From the IMG/VR virus record IMGVR_UViG_3300005662_008418: a stretch of 54,615 bases of DNA; one strand, 5' to 3'. The notes under the pieces are model-generated. The model saw only the letters and a program-made list of their open reading frames with translations, was not told where the DNA came from and did not search any database. Both the position numbers and the translations under genes were made by a program. Shown here one piece after another: positions 17,601-27,057 of the stretch. Position 1 is the first letter of the stretch. The number at the start of each line of letters is the position of its first letter. This stretch comes from an uncultured virus (IMG/VR IMGVR_UViG_3300005662_008418) (lineage: Duplodnaviria > Heunggongvirae > Uroviricota > Caudoviricetes).

Positions 17601-20051
17601 TGGCTCTGACTGCAAACCCACAGCATCTGCTTCTACAAATACCTCATAAACAGATGCATTTAATATGGGATTTACTTGTGCTATATAAGATGAAGGAATA
17701 GAATAATTTTCATTAGATATCAATATGTTATAAAAATAGGAAAGATTTATTCCAGATGTGGCAGAACATTCCGTTGAAAGCATTTCCGATACAAGTTGAT
17801 CGATATTTTTGTCTTCCCTTAGCGTAAATTGCAAAGTAGAAACCTGGTTAACAAAGTTAGCTACTGGAGTAGCGACTATAGTCTGACCGTTCACAATGGA
17901 AAATGTATATACTTCGAATACTCCTTTCTGCTGTATTGACATTACTTGCATAAATCCATTGTTAATAGCTGGAATAACGGGAGATGGATTTACTGGCTTA
18001 GTATTTATATGTATAGATCCAGAAGTTACTGCTATTGATTCACTTATATTATCCGCGTATATAGACCAGCCTGAAGAAAGTAATTTATTTTCCGTAATAC
18101 TTTCCACTATGGAATCCCAGACTATAGGTGATCCTCCAGAAATTATCGCACAACCCTTATTGGTCGCAATACCAACTACATCTTCAACTTTAGAAGATAC
18201 AACTTTGTTTATTATGAAATCACTAGTATTAAAGGAAGATAGATCACACTCCACGCGTGGGAAAAATGGATTAACTTCATAAATAGTAGGAAAATTATCT
18301 GGATATAAATTATTAACTCCAACAAAGACATTACCGCCCACCTGTCCAAGCGATGTAACTTCTGCATTTTGGAATGAAGCAAATTTGTAAAATGCAAGTT
18401 CGCCATAGCCAGGGTCTCCTGGAAGCTTGCGTCCATTTACGGAGACATAAATACTATGAAGATTAATCTCAGACCCATTGACAGTTGCAACTTCGTCGAA
18501 TCTTACAAATTTGTCTCCTGTTCTTTGCACAAGCGCATCATCACGATCAAAAATAACAGATCCATTCCTAAATACCTTTAAAGAAGTGCCCTGCACTCCT
18601 ATAAGCAATGATATTGGATTGTTGTTGTCTCCAACATAACTAACGACCGCATTGGTATTAGATATGATATTTATCAAATTACTGTAAATAACTATCTTAA
18701 ATGTAAAAGCACCATCAGCAATAGACATAGAATAAGCAGCCGCTTGCCCATCCTCCTGTCCTCCTCCAGGCGGTATATATTTATTAACTGATAACTTTGC
18801 GAATAATGACCAACCGACAGAATTATCTACTTCTTCCTTCCATATGGATCCTGATGTTATAAAATGCACCACGACAGGACTGCTAGGAATATTTCCAACG
18901 GTTTTTGGCTTAACAGAAACATAGTACTCTGATCCTCGCTTAATAGATCCGGATGGAACCCCAAATGAGCGTGCCGTTTTTGCTAATGAAAACAAGCCAA
19001 CATCTGAGGCTCCAGGGGCCGTTCCAAGTTTTATTTCAAATCCGCTTATATCATTTGCCTTGTTAGATTCAATATCCCATGTTATCACTGGAGACGGATT
19101 ATAAGATACCGACCCACTCTTCTGGCCATCGACCATTATATTGAATACATTAATATCAGATTTTTTAATAAATATCTTATTGGATAAAACGGAATCCCCC
19201 TGAAATCCTATTATTGAAGGCTTGATTCTTACATAGACATTGTCTCCTGGATTAACATTTAATCTGGCGAATTTTCCATATGACTCTGCAACCATCTCAT
19301 CATTAACAAACCAATCAAAAAGACTTTCATCCTGAATATCAGAATATACGCCAGAGGCATCTTCAAGTTTATAAATAACTTCCAGTATATCATCAACAGT
19401 CGCATCTCTTGGAAGTATTTCAATTCCACTTACAGAAGGCAATGGCTTAACAACCTGAACTTCAGATGTTGTATATTGAATGCCTTCATTATACCGATTG
19501 AATGACCTTATTTCCGCATGCCATACATTACCTGGAGAAAGAGCCGTATATGGTATAGTATAATTATTCCTAAAAATAGCTTGCTCGATGCCGTTTTTGT
19601 ACCATTTTATTTCCACTTCAGTGTTGGTATTGGAGAGTTCATAAACTAGATCTAGATTATCAGATGGAAGTGGATTAGAAGGAGATATAGAAGCTGACCT
19701 AACAAAAGGCAAGGCTGGAACTGTAACTTTAAATGTAAACCAATCAGATACAGAAGAACTAGATCTGACTCGTATCTGACCAAATAAGAATGAGTTTCTA
19801 CTTAAAAGTCTTCTAAGTGTTATCTTTTGCACTTTTCCGTTAGAGTTTATATTGTTAAACTTTACAATGTCAGCAAGCAGGCTATCTGTTCCATGATTAT
19901 TACTACTAGAAGAAACCAAAAGATCATAAGATAACTGATCTTCAGATGTGCCCGTAAGTTCCCAATATATACTAAAACCATCTGCCGCTATATCGACAGG
20001 TTGAGCGACAAAAACTGATCCATTAATCTTTACTGAACTTATTGATATCAT
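11670..20051 (-). CDS. Giant multidomain putative structural protein (2793 aa): FN3/Ig-like domains, several beta-propellers, duplicated C-terminal module
   Basis: Two Ig-like units (PFVRSASISP...IKWYKNG; PSVSGIEILP...FDWFVND), FN3-like PVITW...FEIKLGTAPGASDV, blades such as NPRITADSAGGIHVVWEDERNNSSQIFYA, and DREPP...SGIDKMQISN...RTVFVKLIDRAGN. Confidence 0.75.
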   Translation of the reverse strand: MISISSVKINGSVFVAQPVDIAADGFSIYWELTGTSEDQLSYDLLVSSSSNNHGTDSLLADIVKFNNINSNGKVQKITLRRLLSRNSFLFGQIRVRSSSSVSDWFTFKVTVPALPFVRSASISPSNPLPSDNLDLVYELSNTNTEVEIKWYKNGIEQAIFRNNYTIPYTALSPGNVWHAEIRSFNRYNEGIQYTTSEVQVVKPLPSVSGIEILPRDATVDDILEVIYKLEDASGVYSDIQDESLFDWFVNDEMVAESYGKFARLNVNPGDNVYVRIKPSIIGFQGDSVLSNKIFIKKSDINVFNIMVDGQKSGSVSYNPSPVITWDIESNKANDISGFEIKLGTAPGASDVGLFSLAKTARSFGVPSGSIKRGSEYYVSVKPKTVGNIPSSPVVVHFITSGSIWKEEVDNSVGWSLFAKLSVNKYIPPGGGQEDGQAAAYSMSIADGAFTFKIVIYSNLINIISNTNAVVSYVGDNNNPISLLIGVQGTSLKVFRNGSVIFDRDDALVQRTGDKFVRFDEVATVNGSEINLHSIYVSVNGRKLPGDPGYGELAFYKFASFQNAEVTSLGQVGGNVFVGVNNLYPDNFPTIYEVNPFFPRVECDLSSFNTSDFIINKVVSSKVEDVVGIATNKGCAIISGGSPIVWDSIVESITENKLLSSGWSIYADNISESIAVTSGSIHINTKPVNPSPVIPAINNGFMQVMSIQQKGVFEVYTFSIVNGQTIVATPVANFVNQVSTLQFTLREDKNIDQLVSEMLSTECSATSGINLSYFYNILISNENYSIPSSYIAQVNPILNASVYEVFVEADAVGLQSEPGLPAALSSGSKGGAHIHQSSPGTPWYENIDSNIGYMFEIDVSINGVAEALDSSDDSILSNLSFSDGNFSADIQLTDDAIKIGDRIAAIDLTENARLRFSSKKGQVDIYNMNSADVSPLVSFAMDKFNADVGELVQVRAVSIGSENHIIGLIGIGNRANFYHRVYKNGEWLDNGKIFEKDSDFGSFDLCNFNDDIFIVFETNASGRGEIGVARRSVAGWSKPLRITSAIGDSKNPRITADSAGGIHVVWEDERNNSSQIFYASQNASNYEWDSSAFGGDDLALTSPATSAYQPYLCYADGKVYVTFEEVESNLSKISAIFKDISTNTWSGYAGSGASTQVSNVFALSTKTPFVETDLTGTIHILWTEEISGKRRVMTRTFGANLIQQSTPRSITSVSDLFDCSLESVGLDLDSGDIIISMSKSTSVSNDTGIAFDGTVRPDATYRLFTARFHALIRAWRSSGSAGVARGQAYGGYDIEIVPGAGDVRSMFGSCVPKTFKSHYPLVYKCRKDPENKGILIGRGIVLDADYAGRSIEIGADPYLSADDVIFGSLKSKYIKIGDYGGVLSADMSIARLGIYAKGSLAPLQIKSISSASYNMPILNVSSLVVSSQKDAWMAGGDRIFFYDSVRDNVFEATSGDFFDQSRLDPYIDINSKIEDIYFDKNGVFYIEINSEGTRNIMASLGGSLFANIKFDVNIQKMRVAGNGDAVIIADDGIRIVRQFSSTLRESLIEYASPYSSTDIQINAPASKLIYPGQFTVYSSVTTSSGSIIFGSSHGIIKYENGNVVSVFGREFGIDQSSVKSVAMGLNNRIFCCTTSNIYEFAGSSFYKLDIFGYERAYAEVPPGFDSDIVSISASENFICIATKQSVHFATEVSGRGIGSVWSSRALSRSAMDLVRNNEQTNIVRDAFRISDPDIDLLGGLSLGVTPEVYINGHIISRGYGLSISDRILKLYAPLLSSDRLSIVLRKDIMKLVDLKQKKSEISDVGIENRNIMGVGILDGQYAAAIGGTRHHLDMWNSELSIPNDDIILDREPPDAEARLAEQVSSDTIKIKITSTPAGNAGFGEEGWVDSYDRASGIDKMQISNYDNFTTDGVTPSPLLAFSTDFIHQLLPVVSNGTILEEIANGFGTCIASFRLTQGAKTRIAYATGAPAAVFLSNDGLSFDDEPTFTFESGSLDYEVTAMLSYNLKLYVAVARRDGTGGCTLYSTQDGVAFLEVVSLSASRITSIGKSNYDNKLYFCAHAFSGADPNPVGELYSFDGTLTTTVASGMGDRANTLVCIDRFVYVGTGSPARIYRYDIIGRFSEIVLSESDSDVLSLASVNAGVYAGLSQSSRIFRSNSPGAAFVQSFITIPDDVIFGTSFQIEGDTRPYFSVGNKLFTFDTAWAAIARADNPIVGMCVDDFGNIFYISQNEVKSITAINNDSGYRTVFVKLIDRAGNETDIRGGIDLIPEETSGDGYNDNLTIRIVPDNIAGNVATGGGISNRLVEYDLDGQMLLDIQGDNQFYSGFRIEKESGIYESPILPGASAHVSWDKISWTGTMPAGTDIEIMIRSASTRDAIAGVPYSVKFSWEESGADISFMPGSFIQFKIQMSTTTDISPRVDSLTITENVGAVSNVITTLFELPADMRRGIITTDSEIPSGGAIIAGITLQDSTDFAQYQEVPLDRMFEPSLSNRGKNLRIGFKLLSPRPSEDIIVTPPPSPGDPNVPLSLNTMQWAYQNTLTGSTLIDFKINFFRDSALSDFILSTDTIGSPSLFKIDGNPFPTGGGAVFASGQTRSMSLIPSGFPFECNRSYFATIEASINGADFASILPAKTEFLKQCGTNFLDIITFNYVNRAQPGRFHFRVSVYSDFERNNIVTSFFSYYSLSGWTADGFQVISDGVAIGSNQSRLMQFVVPRVEELSDNATYYITIQAYNLDDPDSGFSLNDTSYSFRLRQESEGINCGPISNVPVIRGFAMMFELEDGSLVKMRFDG

Positions 20052-20099
20052 TATTGTTTATTACTTTATTTTATTAAATATTCTTTCACCCATAAATGA
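20052..20099 (-). promoter_or_regulatory. Only sizeable intergenic spacer (48 bp, very AT-rich); candidate internal promoter or translation enhancer
   Basis: Minus strand reads ...GAATATTTAATAAAATAAAGTAATAAACAATA-ATG; no Shine-Dalgarno sequence and no hairpin. Function is inferred from position only. Confidence 0.3.
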
Positions 20100-21116
20100 C
20101 TAAAATATACTAAAATTAGCCCCGCGAACAGATAGAAATCCCTCTGCATTAATCTCCTTGTTAAAATAACTTGCTACTTTCTTAAACTTTATGCTATCAA
20201 CATCAGATTGACTTCCAAACGATATCTTTCTTTGCCATATCTTCTCAGAGCCCAGTAATAGCATGCCATCATCAGTTCCTGCCAATACTCCAAAATTGCC
20301 GTTGATGGCACTATTAATTCTACCTCTATTAAACTCCTGAGCAATAGCAGGAGGAAGTATGTTTGGTAATTCTCCTTGCAACTGACCAGTTTTTCTCCTT
20401 AAGAATTGAAATGAACCGCTATTAATTATAAAAGCAATATCAGCTATATCTGATATGAAATCGCTATATATCATCACATCAGAAATCTCGAATGATCCGC
20501 TTCTTAAATTGGATAATTCTATAGAAGCAAATTTATTAATTACTAAATCGTGGGATGCATCATGATTTAAAGATGTCGGGATAATAGAAGAACCCTCAGA
20601 ACGAAGGTCGTATATTTGACCGTCTACATACATGGACATAATGCCGTCAGCAAGATTAAATGAAAAAACATAATGATATGGAGAAAATATCTCGATGGGT
20701 CCACATGAAAAAGAATTTATTATTCCATCTGGATCGACTAATGACACATGCATTCTGGCTTCTCCTTCGTCAAATCCAGAATCTGGTTTAAAATAAAAGT
20801 ATATCATTCCAGATTGGGGATCTGCTAAATCTGCCTTATAAAATTGAGATCCGATACCACAAACAGGAACCGCCTTATCTTGTTGCAGCCCAGGACATTT
20901 TGCCCAAAATGAAAAAGAACCCTTACTGGTAATTTTAGAAAAAACATTAGTATTTTTTATTGATGCAATCTGATTAGATGCCACAATCACACCTGTGCCA
21001 TACTCTGCATCAATAACAGTCAGATTAGGAGGCCCAGAAATATTAGCATTCTGTCCAGATATAACATCATTTATAACTGAAGATAAAAGCAATGATATGT
21101 TATCGCTAATTTGCAT
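20100..21116 (-). CDS. LamG/concanavalin A-like jelly-roll domain protein (about 338 aa)
   Basis: GSFSFWAK...YHYVFSFN...MSMYVDG...GSFEISDVMIYS is the LamG-like pattern. ATG at 21116 (TGATG overlap) is preferred over the TTG at 21119 used by the track. Confidence 0.75.
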   Translation of the reverse strand: MQISDNISLLLSSVINDVISGQNANISGPPNLTVIDAEYGTGVIVASNQIASIKNTNVFSKITSKGSFSFWAKCPGLQQDKAVPVCGIGSQFYKADLADPQSGMIYFYFKPDSGFDEGEARMHVSLVDPDGIINSFSCGPIEIFSPYHYVFSFNLADGIMSMYVDGQIYDLRSEGSSIIPTSLNHDASHDLVINKFASIELSNLRSGSFEISDVMIYSDFISDIADIAFIINSGSFQFLRRKTGQLQGELPNILPPAIAQEFNRGRINSAINGNFGVLAGTDDGMLLLGSEKIWQRKISFGSQSDVDSIKFKKVASYFNKEINAEGFLSVRGANFSIF

Positions 21117-24100
21117 CAAGATACCTCGAACTTTAATTTCGGCATAAAATTTCCGCTACTTATATTTTTAGAACCTGGAGAAATAACTCTTCTCGTCCAA
21201 ATGTAAAAAAATTCCCCAGGTTTTAATATTGTCTTTTCAGACATAATACTATCTACATTTAAAGAATCACCACTCATAACATCATAAAAATCACTAATAC
21301 TATTACCCACAGAAGATGGATAGAACAATCCTCCAGCTGAGTATCCTGCACGAGAGCCCATGCATTCCACATAAGTATTAGATGAAGGTATGTATGGCAT
21401 TGGCTTAGTAAGATATAACTTATTTCCTTCTACATAGTCAATAGTTCTATAAGAAAAACCACCTCCTGGAAGTGGGATTCCAAGCAGAGTCCCAGTAAGA
21501 GTTTGATTATTTGCAACACTGCCGTTCAAGTCTAGTGATTGAATAAAGTTTTTGCCCGCTGAAAATACATTTAATTTCTTAGCCTTTATGGATGGCATTT
21601 CTATTGCCATTTGAACTTTTGATGATGCACTGGATGAAGTTCCCTCAAATTCTATGCCATGACATATATGCTTAATATTTACATTCTTTATAGCAAAGCA
21701 TCTATATTGCGCAATAAGATCTCCAGATGTTCCAAATCTTTCATCAAATGCGTTTTCCTTAATGAACAAAGCATAATCCCCAGGTAGATGCATCTTATTT
21801 TTTGTGCCAAACATCCCTCTTGCCGTGAATTCCATTCTATAATCATCTATTCTTTTACATTGGAATATTTCTCCATTTGAACTAAAAGTATATTCCAAAT
21901 CTGATGCTGGCTCATTAAAACTTACCACTTCAGAAGAAATGTAAACGGGAGCCTTGAAGGTTCTAAAATTAAAAGCATTATCATCAACAGCGAAGCCACC
22001 AAAACTCATAGATGCTCTAGGCTGAGAGATAACTGGATCTATAGATGTGTTTTTAATTTTTATATAATCAAAAGGTCTAGACCTTGCCTCGGAAGAAACT
22101 GGATCATTTTTTACATCACCTGGAATATACATGAATATCCATCCAGAAGTATTGACAAAGGAATCGCTGACTGTCAATTCACTGACCAATATGTTCGAAT
22201 TGCCGTTCATTACTTTTGCAATGATGCCGTTTTGCCTGTTTAGTATGCTTACTAAATCAATAACTCTCATATCCTTAATCGGTATAGACTTGAAATTATG
22301 CTTAGATGATCCATCCGCGTTTAATAGATAAAGCACAAATATTCCATTACGCATTGCATCCATATCAATCCTAAGCGAAGGTCTGGTATTAGACTGCAGT
22401 ACATTTATAGCAAATTGATAATCATAAGATATAGAAATAGCATAAGAAGAAACATTTTCTGAGTAAGAATTAATTCTATTGTCGCTTACTTCCAAAGATG
22501 AACTTATTTCTGTATATAATGGAGATGCAGCATTGATCTTATTTGCGATACCTTCCAGCAAATTCCAATCGTTTACAACATGAGCATCTGGGTTGTGAAT
22601 TACTCCATGACATCCCTTATTAAATAATGACTCCATAAAATGAGTATATTGAACATCAGTAATTCTATACCTACCGCTAGACGCACTTCCTGTTATATAT
22701 CCGCTTCTTGCATCGCCTATGTTGACCCGCGATCCCCATGAAGAATCAGATATCGCCATGCCTTTTATGAAAGGCATGAATTCGATATCTCCGTTCATAG
22801 CATATGTGGCAGCTGCCTCAAGATTATTCCTATTGGCCTCCATATTTGCTTTAGACATAACATCTAATAATTCGTAGTATTTGTTAGAATTATATGTGTT
22901 CTTTAGCGGTTTGCTAGATTTGATTGGATTAGATGATGTTGCATCTTTTGAAGAAAAAAGAGATCCAGAAGCATCCGCCCAGTACGATCTATCACTGCTT
23001 ATTGGTATGGAATTTAAGTTGTCGTTTGAGGAGATAGTTCCAGATATGCCTACTAATGGTCTATTATAACCAGCGCCCCATATTGGCATAAAACTTCCGT
23101 CACGTACCTGATTCGATCCTATCATATCAAAGCATACTATATTAGAATCAGAAGGAGCTTTTGAGGCGTGAATGCCTGGCAATACTAATTTATTGATATG
23201 CATTCTAGATTCTGATGGAGAAGATACGCCACCAGAAGATAGATTCTTGTTTGCCAAGCATATAAAACTAGATCCTATCTCACTATCCAGCTTATATATT
23301 TTTTTGCTACCAGTATTAGTAACGGTGATATCTGGTATTAACCATTTGATGCTTGGAATAAAATTCCTAACAGATTTATTAAAAATCTCATCAATACCGT
23401 ATACGACTATATCCTTAACGGCGGCATCGAACCACATCCTTGCTGGTGCGTTTGGTTGGTAAAACAAATAGTCACGATCAGTTCTTGCATTATCAAGTCC
23501 GAATGTACCTAGCGACCCCCTGCTATCTGGAAGAACAGCATCAACATCAAAATTGCCGTTATTTTTTGAAGTTATGTAATTATCATATAGGCTATTTGAC
23601 CCAAATTTAAAAGCATTAAATCTAGAATCATTAATAAGAGAATCCCATGCTCCATAGAATAATTCAGAACCTCTGGATATTTTAACATCATATTTATTCA
23701 TCGCATCGCTTGAGGATACTTCCTCCATGAACATATGCAAAGAAGATATGGTTGGCATATTGTTAAAAATAAACTTAGCAGGCAATGGAGGAACTGAACC
23801 TGAAGCATTAAGCGCATAATTATTTCTTCTATAGAACAATCTTCTCATAAAAATGTTAAACCATTCAGAGCATTCCTCTATACCGTTGCTTATAAATGGA
23901 GATGCTAAATTAAATAGCGAAGGATAACGAGAACTCTCAGATAGAGAATCTGCCTCATGACCAAAAAATCTGCATTCACCATCAGCGATGCCGGAAGAAC
24001 TTTTTTCTGATATGTATTTTCCTCCACCCCAATTTTCAAGTGAAACTAATATATCATAAGAGGAACTTAATGGCTTTTCTTTTAAGGCATTATATTTTGA

Positions 24101-25456
24101 GATATATTGTAAGCACATGTCAAAAAGAGCATCCGCACACTTCTCAGGACCAGTTGTGTTGTATGGGCTTTTATAATTGGTAAGAACCAGTTTTTTATCA
24201 AAACTTTCGCTCATCCATCTATCTAAGCATTGAGACGACATGGAAGGATCAATACATTGAGACTTGCTATTAGACCACCACCAGGAAGGAACAAAAAATC
24301 TCTCTGGTTCTTGCGGCATAATTGATGCAGAACAATTGATCCTTATGACTGGAATTATGTTTGGAGACAGACTTGCCTTGGACTTGTCTATTGATGAAAA
24401 TCTTGCATCAGATTTGCCATTAGAGTCTCTAGCATCACCTGCTGCCATAGAGAATATGGTTAGGTTCCTATTGGCTTTAGCAACTCTGCGAGACTCTATC
24501 TCGTAGTACATACTCATTAACATATCTACAGCATAAAGATAGCCAGAAGGATCTTCGGAATTAAATTCAATACCTGGAATAATGCCCCGATCAAAATATG
24601 ACTGAATATCAGATTGAATAACCTTCTTAGAAGGTATAGCTAAATGAATTTCTGTTCTATCTGGATCCCACTCGCCAGCCAAGGCGCTTAGATCTAAGGC
24701 ATCGCTTTGCCTAACAACAAAAGGCGAATGCGCATATGTTGCATCCGATAGACGATGCCTTATCCCAATGGGATCATTCGGAACACCAATACCAATACAC
24801 TTTAAATTTAAATTATTATATAAAAAAGATTGAAAACTAGGGTTCACTCTTGGATTATAAAATAAATATTGGTTGACTCCGTATATGGCAATACCATCTG
24901 CACCTAGGCTTTTCCAACCAGAAGCATTATGATTAAGCCAGGATAAAACGGAAGAATTGTTAGATGGCAATCCAACCAGATTCCCGTCACTACCTAATGA
25001 AGAATAATCGGAAAAACCATTAGCTGGCTTCATCAGCGACATGCCAAAATACATTTCTGCTGATGTTCCATATGAGCTTTTTATGGATTCTATCTTGCTA
25101 CGCCATGTACTAACTGGATTGCTCCAAGCAAGAATTGGGTTTTCAATTTCACATTGATTAGAGTCATATCGTATATTTATCTTGTTTTCGAATAAGGGCT
25201 GGTATATGTTAGAACTTCCGTATTTAGGGGCGGCTCCAGCTGGAAACATAGTAGTAAATCTTCTTGCTCCACTACTACATGCTTTAGACGCAAATTCATC
25301 TATGAACAAGGAAAGACCATCTACACTATTATACCTATTGCTCCAACCAATGGCTTCCAATGCATCTCCGCTGCATCCATCGGAATTGGGAGTATACATA
25401 AAAATAGGTCTTCTGTCTACTGCAAAATAAGGTCTCTGAGAAATTTTTACGCTCAT
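21116..25456 (-). CDS. Putative structural protein (1446 aa): N-terminal alpha/beta (TIM-barrel-like) region and C-terminal phage virion-type domain
   Basis: C-terminal SMSFGG...QYRCFAIKN...LKPGEFFYIWTRRVI matches a SLGG/YRCxxxxN/IWxRR pattern I recall from uncharacterised phage tail-region proteins. N-terminal DRRPI...GARRFTTMFPAG...LGADGIAI. ATGA overlap with the upstream gene. Confidence 0.65.
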   Translation of the reverse strand: MSVKISQRPYFAVDRRPIFMYTPNSDGCSGDALEAIGWSNRYNSVDGLSLFIDEFASKACSSGARRFTTMFPAGAAPKYGSSNIYQPLFENKINIRYDSNQCEIENPILAWSNPVSTWRSKIESIKSSYGTSAEMYFGMSLMKPANGFSDYSSLGSDGNLVGLPSNNSSVLSWLNHNASGWKSLGADGIAIYGVNQYLFYNPRVNPSFQSFLYNNLNLKCIGIGVPNDPIGIRHRLSDATYAHSPFVVRQSDALDLSALAGEWDPDRTEIHLAIPSKKVIQSDIQSYFDRGIIPGIEFNSEDPSGYLYAVDMLMSMYYEIESRRVAKANRNLTIFSMAAGDARDSNGKSDARFSSIDKSKASLSPNIIPVIRINCSASIMPQEPERFFVPSWWWSNSKSQCIDPSMSSQCLDRWMSESFDKKLVLTNYKSPYNTTGPEKCADALFDMCLQYISKYNALKEKPLSSSYDILVSLENWGGGKYISEKSSSGIADGECRFFGHEADSLSESSRYPSLFNLASPFISNGIEECSEWFNIFMRRLFYRRNNYALNASGSVPPLPAKFIFNNMPTISSLHMFMEEVSSSDAMNKYDVKISRGSELFYGAWDSLINDSRFNAFKFGSNSLYDNYITSKNNGNFDVDAVLPDSRGSLGTFGLDNARTDRDYLFYQPNAPARMWFDAAVKDIVVYGIDEIFNKSVRNFIPSIKWLIPDITVTNTGSKKIYKLDSEIGSSFICLANKNLSSGGVSSPSESRMHINKLVLPGIHASKAPSDSNIVCFDMIGSNQVRDGSFMPIWGAGYNRPLVGISGTISSNDNLNSIPISSDRSYWADASGSLFSSKDATSSNPIKSSKPLKNTYNSNKYYELLDVMSKANMEANRNNLEAAATYAMNGDIEFMPFIKGMAISDSSWGSRVNIGDARSGYITGSASSGRYRITDVQYTHFMESLFNKGCHGVIHNPDAHVVNDWNLLEGIANKINAASPLYTEISSSLEVSDNRINSYSENVSSYAISISYDYQFAINVLQSNTRPSLRIDMDAMRNGIFVLYLLNADGSSKHNFKSIPIKDMRVIDLVSILNRQNGIIAKVMNGNSNILVSELTVSDSFVNTSGWIFMYIPGDVKNDPVSSEARSRPFDYIKIKNTSIDPVISQPRASMSFGGFAVDDNAFNFRTFKAPVYISSEVVSFNEPASDLEYTFSSNGEIFQCKRIDDYRMEFTARGMFGTKNKMHLPGDYALFIKENAFDERFGTSGDLIAQYRCFAIKNVNIKHICHGIEFEGTSSSASSKVQMAIEMPSIKAKKLNVFSAGKNFIQSLDLNGSVANNQTLTGTLLGIPLPGGGFSYRTIDYVEGNKLYLTKPMPYIPSSNTYVECMGSRAGYSAGGLFYPSSVGNSISDFYDVMSGDSLNVDSIMSEKTILKPGEFFYIWTRRVISPGSKNISSGNFMPKLKFEVS

Positions 25457-27057
25457 ATGGTTACCTCTAAAGCCGTCACTCCAGTAGGAGAAGCTGTATA
25501 TATATTGTTAGAATTACCAGCGCACACAAGAGCAGCTCCGCTATTCGCCTTGATAATAGATGTTACAGTACCTGCCAGCTGACCCACAAGACTAAGAGTG
25601 GCTCCACTTTTGACAAATAATCTACCATCAGCGCATCCCATAAATAAGTTATTAAATCCATCAGATCCAATAGAAGTTACTTCTGTTCCAAAACTATCAT
25701 TGCTAAACTTTGGCTCCAATCTATTCGTTACTATTTCACGCACATCCATGGTTCTCGTATTGTTGCCCAAGCTTACAAATATACTATTTCCTAATTTTCC
25801 CAAAGTTATAACTGGCATATCAACCTCTAGCAATGTAGATACGCCAAAATATCTCCCTATTTTTACTACGGAATCTATTTTAGATTCAGATGAAGATATA
25901 ACAGCAAGAAAATAAGTACCATCATCAAGTGGTATGCCCAGGCCAGCTGTAGCATCATTATCCAAGTACAAAGGTTCTCCATCCGAAAAAAACTGTATAC
26001 TTCTAAAAAATTGATTATTTCCCAATCTTACGAATTCTCTAAACAAACTTGGCTTTTTAGTTGTAAAAAAATCTCTTGCATCAGATAAGTCGTTCCTATT
26101 GGCTCCATAGTCTTGTGCAAATATTCCAATATATTTTCTTATATCTTGATCATATAATCTATATGTATTGTCTACATAATATGATGTAGCAAGCGGAATA
26201 ATGTCATTGACTCCGTCGCCAGGGGGGCGATACTCATATGCGCTACCATTCCATACTCTTATGAATTCCTTAACCTGCATTGCATGAATATTCGTGCCTT
26301 CATCGTCTGCGTAAACCTTAAGAGATATATCTCTTTTTTTTGTGTAAAAATCGCCTTGCTGCAATTGAACTTTTATTTCTGGAGGCTCAGTATCAAATAA
26401 AATAAATCCTGGATCACCTATTGAAAGAGGACCTATATTAATAGTGGGAGATCTTTTACCCGAATCATCTGCTACATATATATTTAGATACCAATCGGAA
26501 CTATTTCTCATCTCTTCAACATCCCATAGGAATGTAGAAGTTCCTACTGGTATGTTTTCTGCAACTTTTAAGTAAAAAGACTGCGCATGTTCGCTAGAGG
26601 CATATACAAAGTATTGCAACTTAGATGCCCCCATCTGATCATAAGGAGTATTGTCAAAAACTATTAAAGCACTATGCGCTATGGATGCACTTGGTTTTGG
26701 TTCAACGACCACAGGAGCAGGAATTACTCTACTTATAATATTAAAATTATCGTAGGATACGCTAGATGCGGATCTTGATCCATCTGGAGCGACAAGTCTT
26801 ACTGATATTCTCATCCCAAATCCAGATATGCTAGAATTGATATTCCAGACGAAACTTTTCACCCCAGGAACAGTTCTTCCAATAACATAAGATCTTTCAT
26901 CATCAAAGATATCCATGCCTTGCGCTGCCCGCAACTCAACATGAGATGCAGTGGTGGCAGCATCAGCTGGTTCATCCCACCTGATAGTTATGTATGAAGC
27001 GTCTATCTGCTCTCCACCTACTGGGTATAAAAGTGTTGGCTGATTTGGTGCTGGCAT
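25453..27057 (-). CDS. Ig-like plus beta-propeller-type protein (534 aa)
   Basis: PTLLYPVGGE...ITIRW...SFVWN and a second unit ...TFLWD (PxGGE-type Ig-like), DTEPP...GDFYT...ISLKVYADD module, and C-terminal blades (VTSIGSDGFNNLFMGCADGRLF). Confidence 0.7.
   Translation of the reverse strand: MPAPNQPTLLYPVGGEQIDASYITIRWDEPADAATTASHVELRAAQGMDIFDDERSYVIGRTVPGVKSFVWNINSSISGFGMRISVRLVAPDGSRSASSVSYDNFNIISRVIPAPVVVEPKPSASIAHSALIVFDNTPYDQMGASKLQYFVYASSEHAQSFYLKVAENIPVGTSTFLWDVEEMRNSSDWYLNIYVADDSGKRSPTINIGPLSIGDPGFILFDTEPPEIKVQLQQGDFYTKKRDISLKVYADDEGTNIHAMQVKEFIRVWNGSAYEYRPPGDGVNDIIPLATSYYVDNTYRLYDQDIRKYIGIFAQDYGANRNDLSDARDFFTTKKPSLFREFVRLGNNQFFRSIQFFSDGEPLYLDNDATAGLGIPLDDGTYFLAVISSSESKIDSVVKIGRYFGVSTLLEVDMPVITLGKLGNSIFVSLGNNTRTMDVREIVTNRLEPKFSNDSFGTEVTSIGSDGFNNLFMGCADGRLFVKSGATLSLVGQLAGTVTSIIKANSGAALVCAGNSNNIYTASPTGVTALEVTI

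Noticed and set aside
20061..20102. TAG readthrough or alternative genetic code (the frame continues 12 codons to a TAA after the only TAG gene end)
   Set aside because: About 18,000 codons contain no in-frame TAG or TGA, and both act as stops, so code 11 fits.
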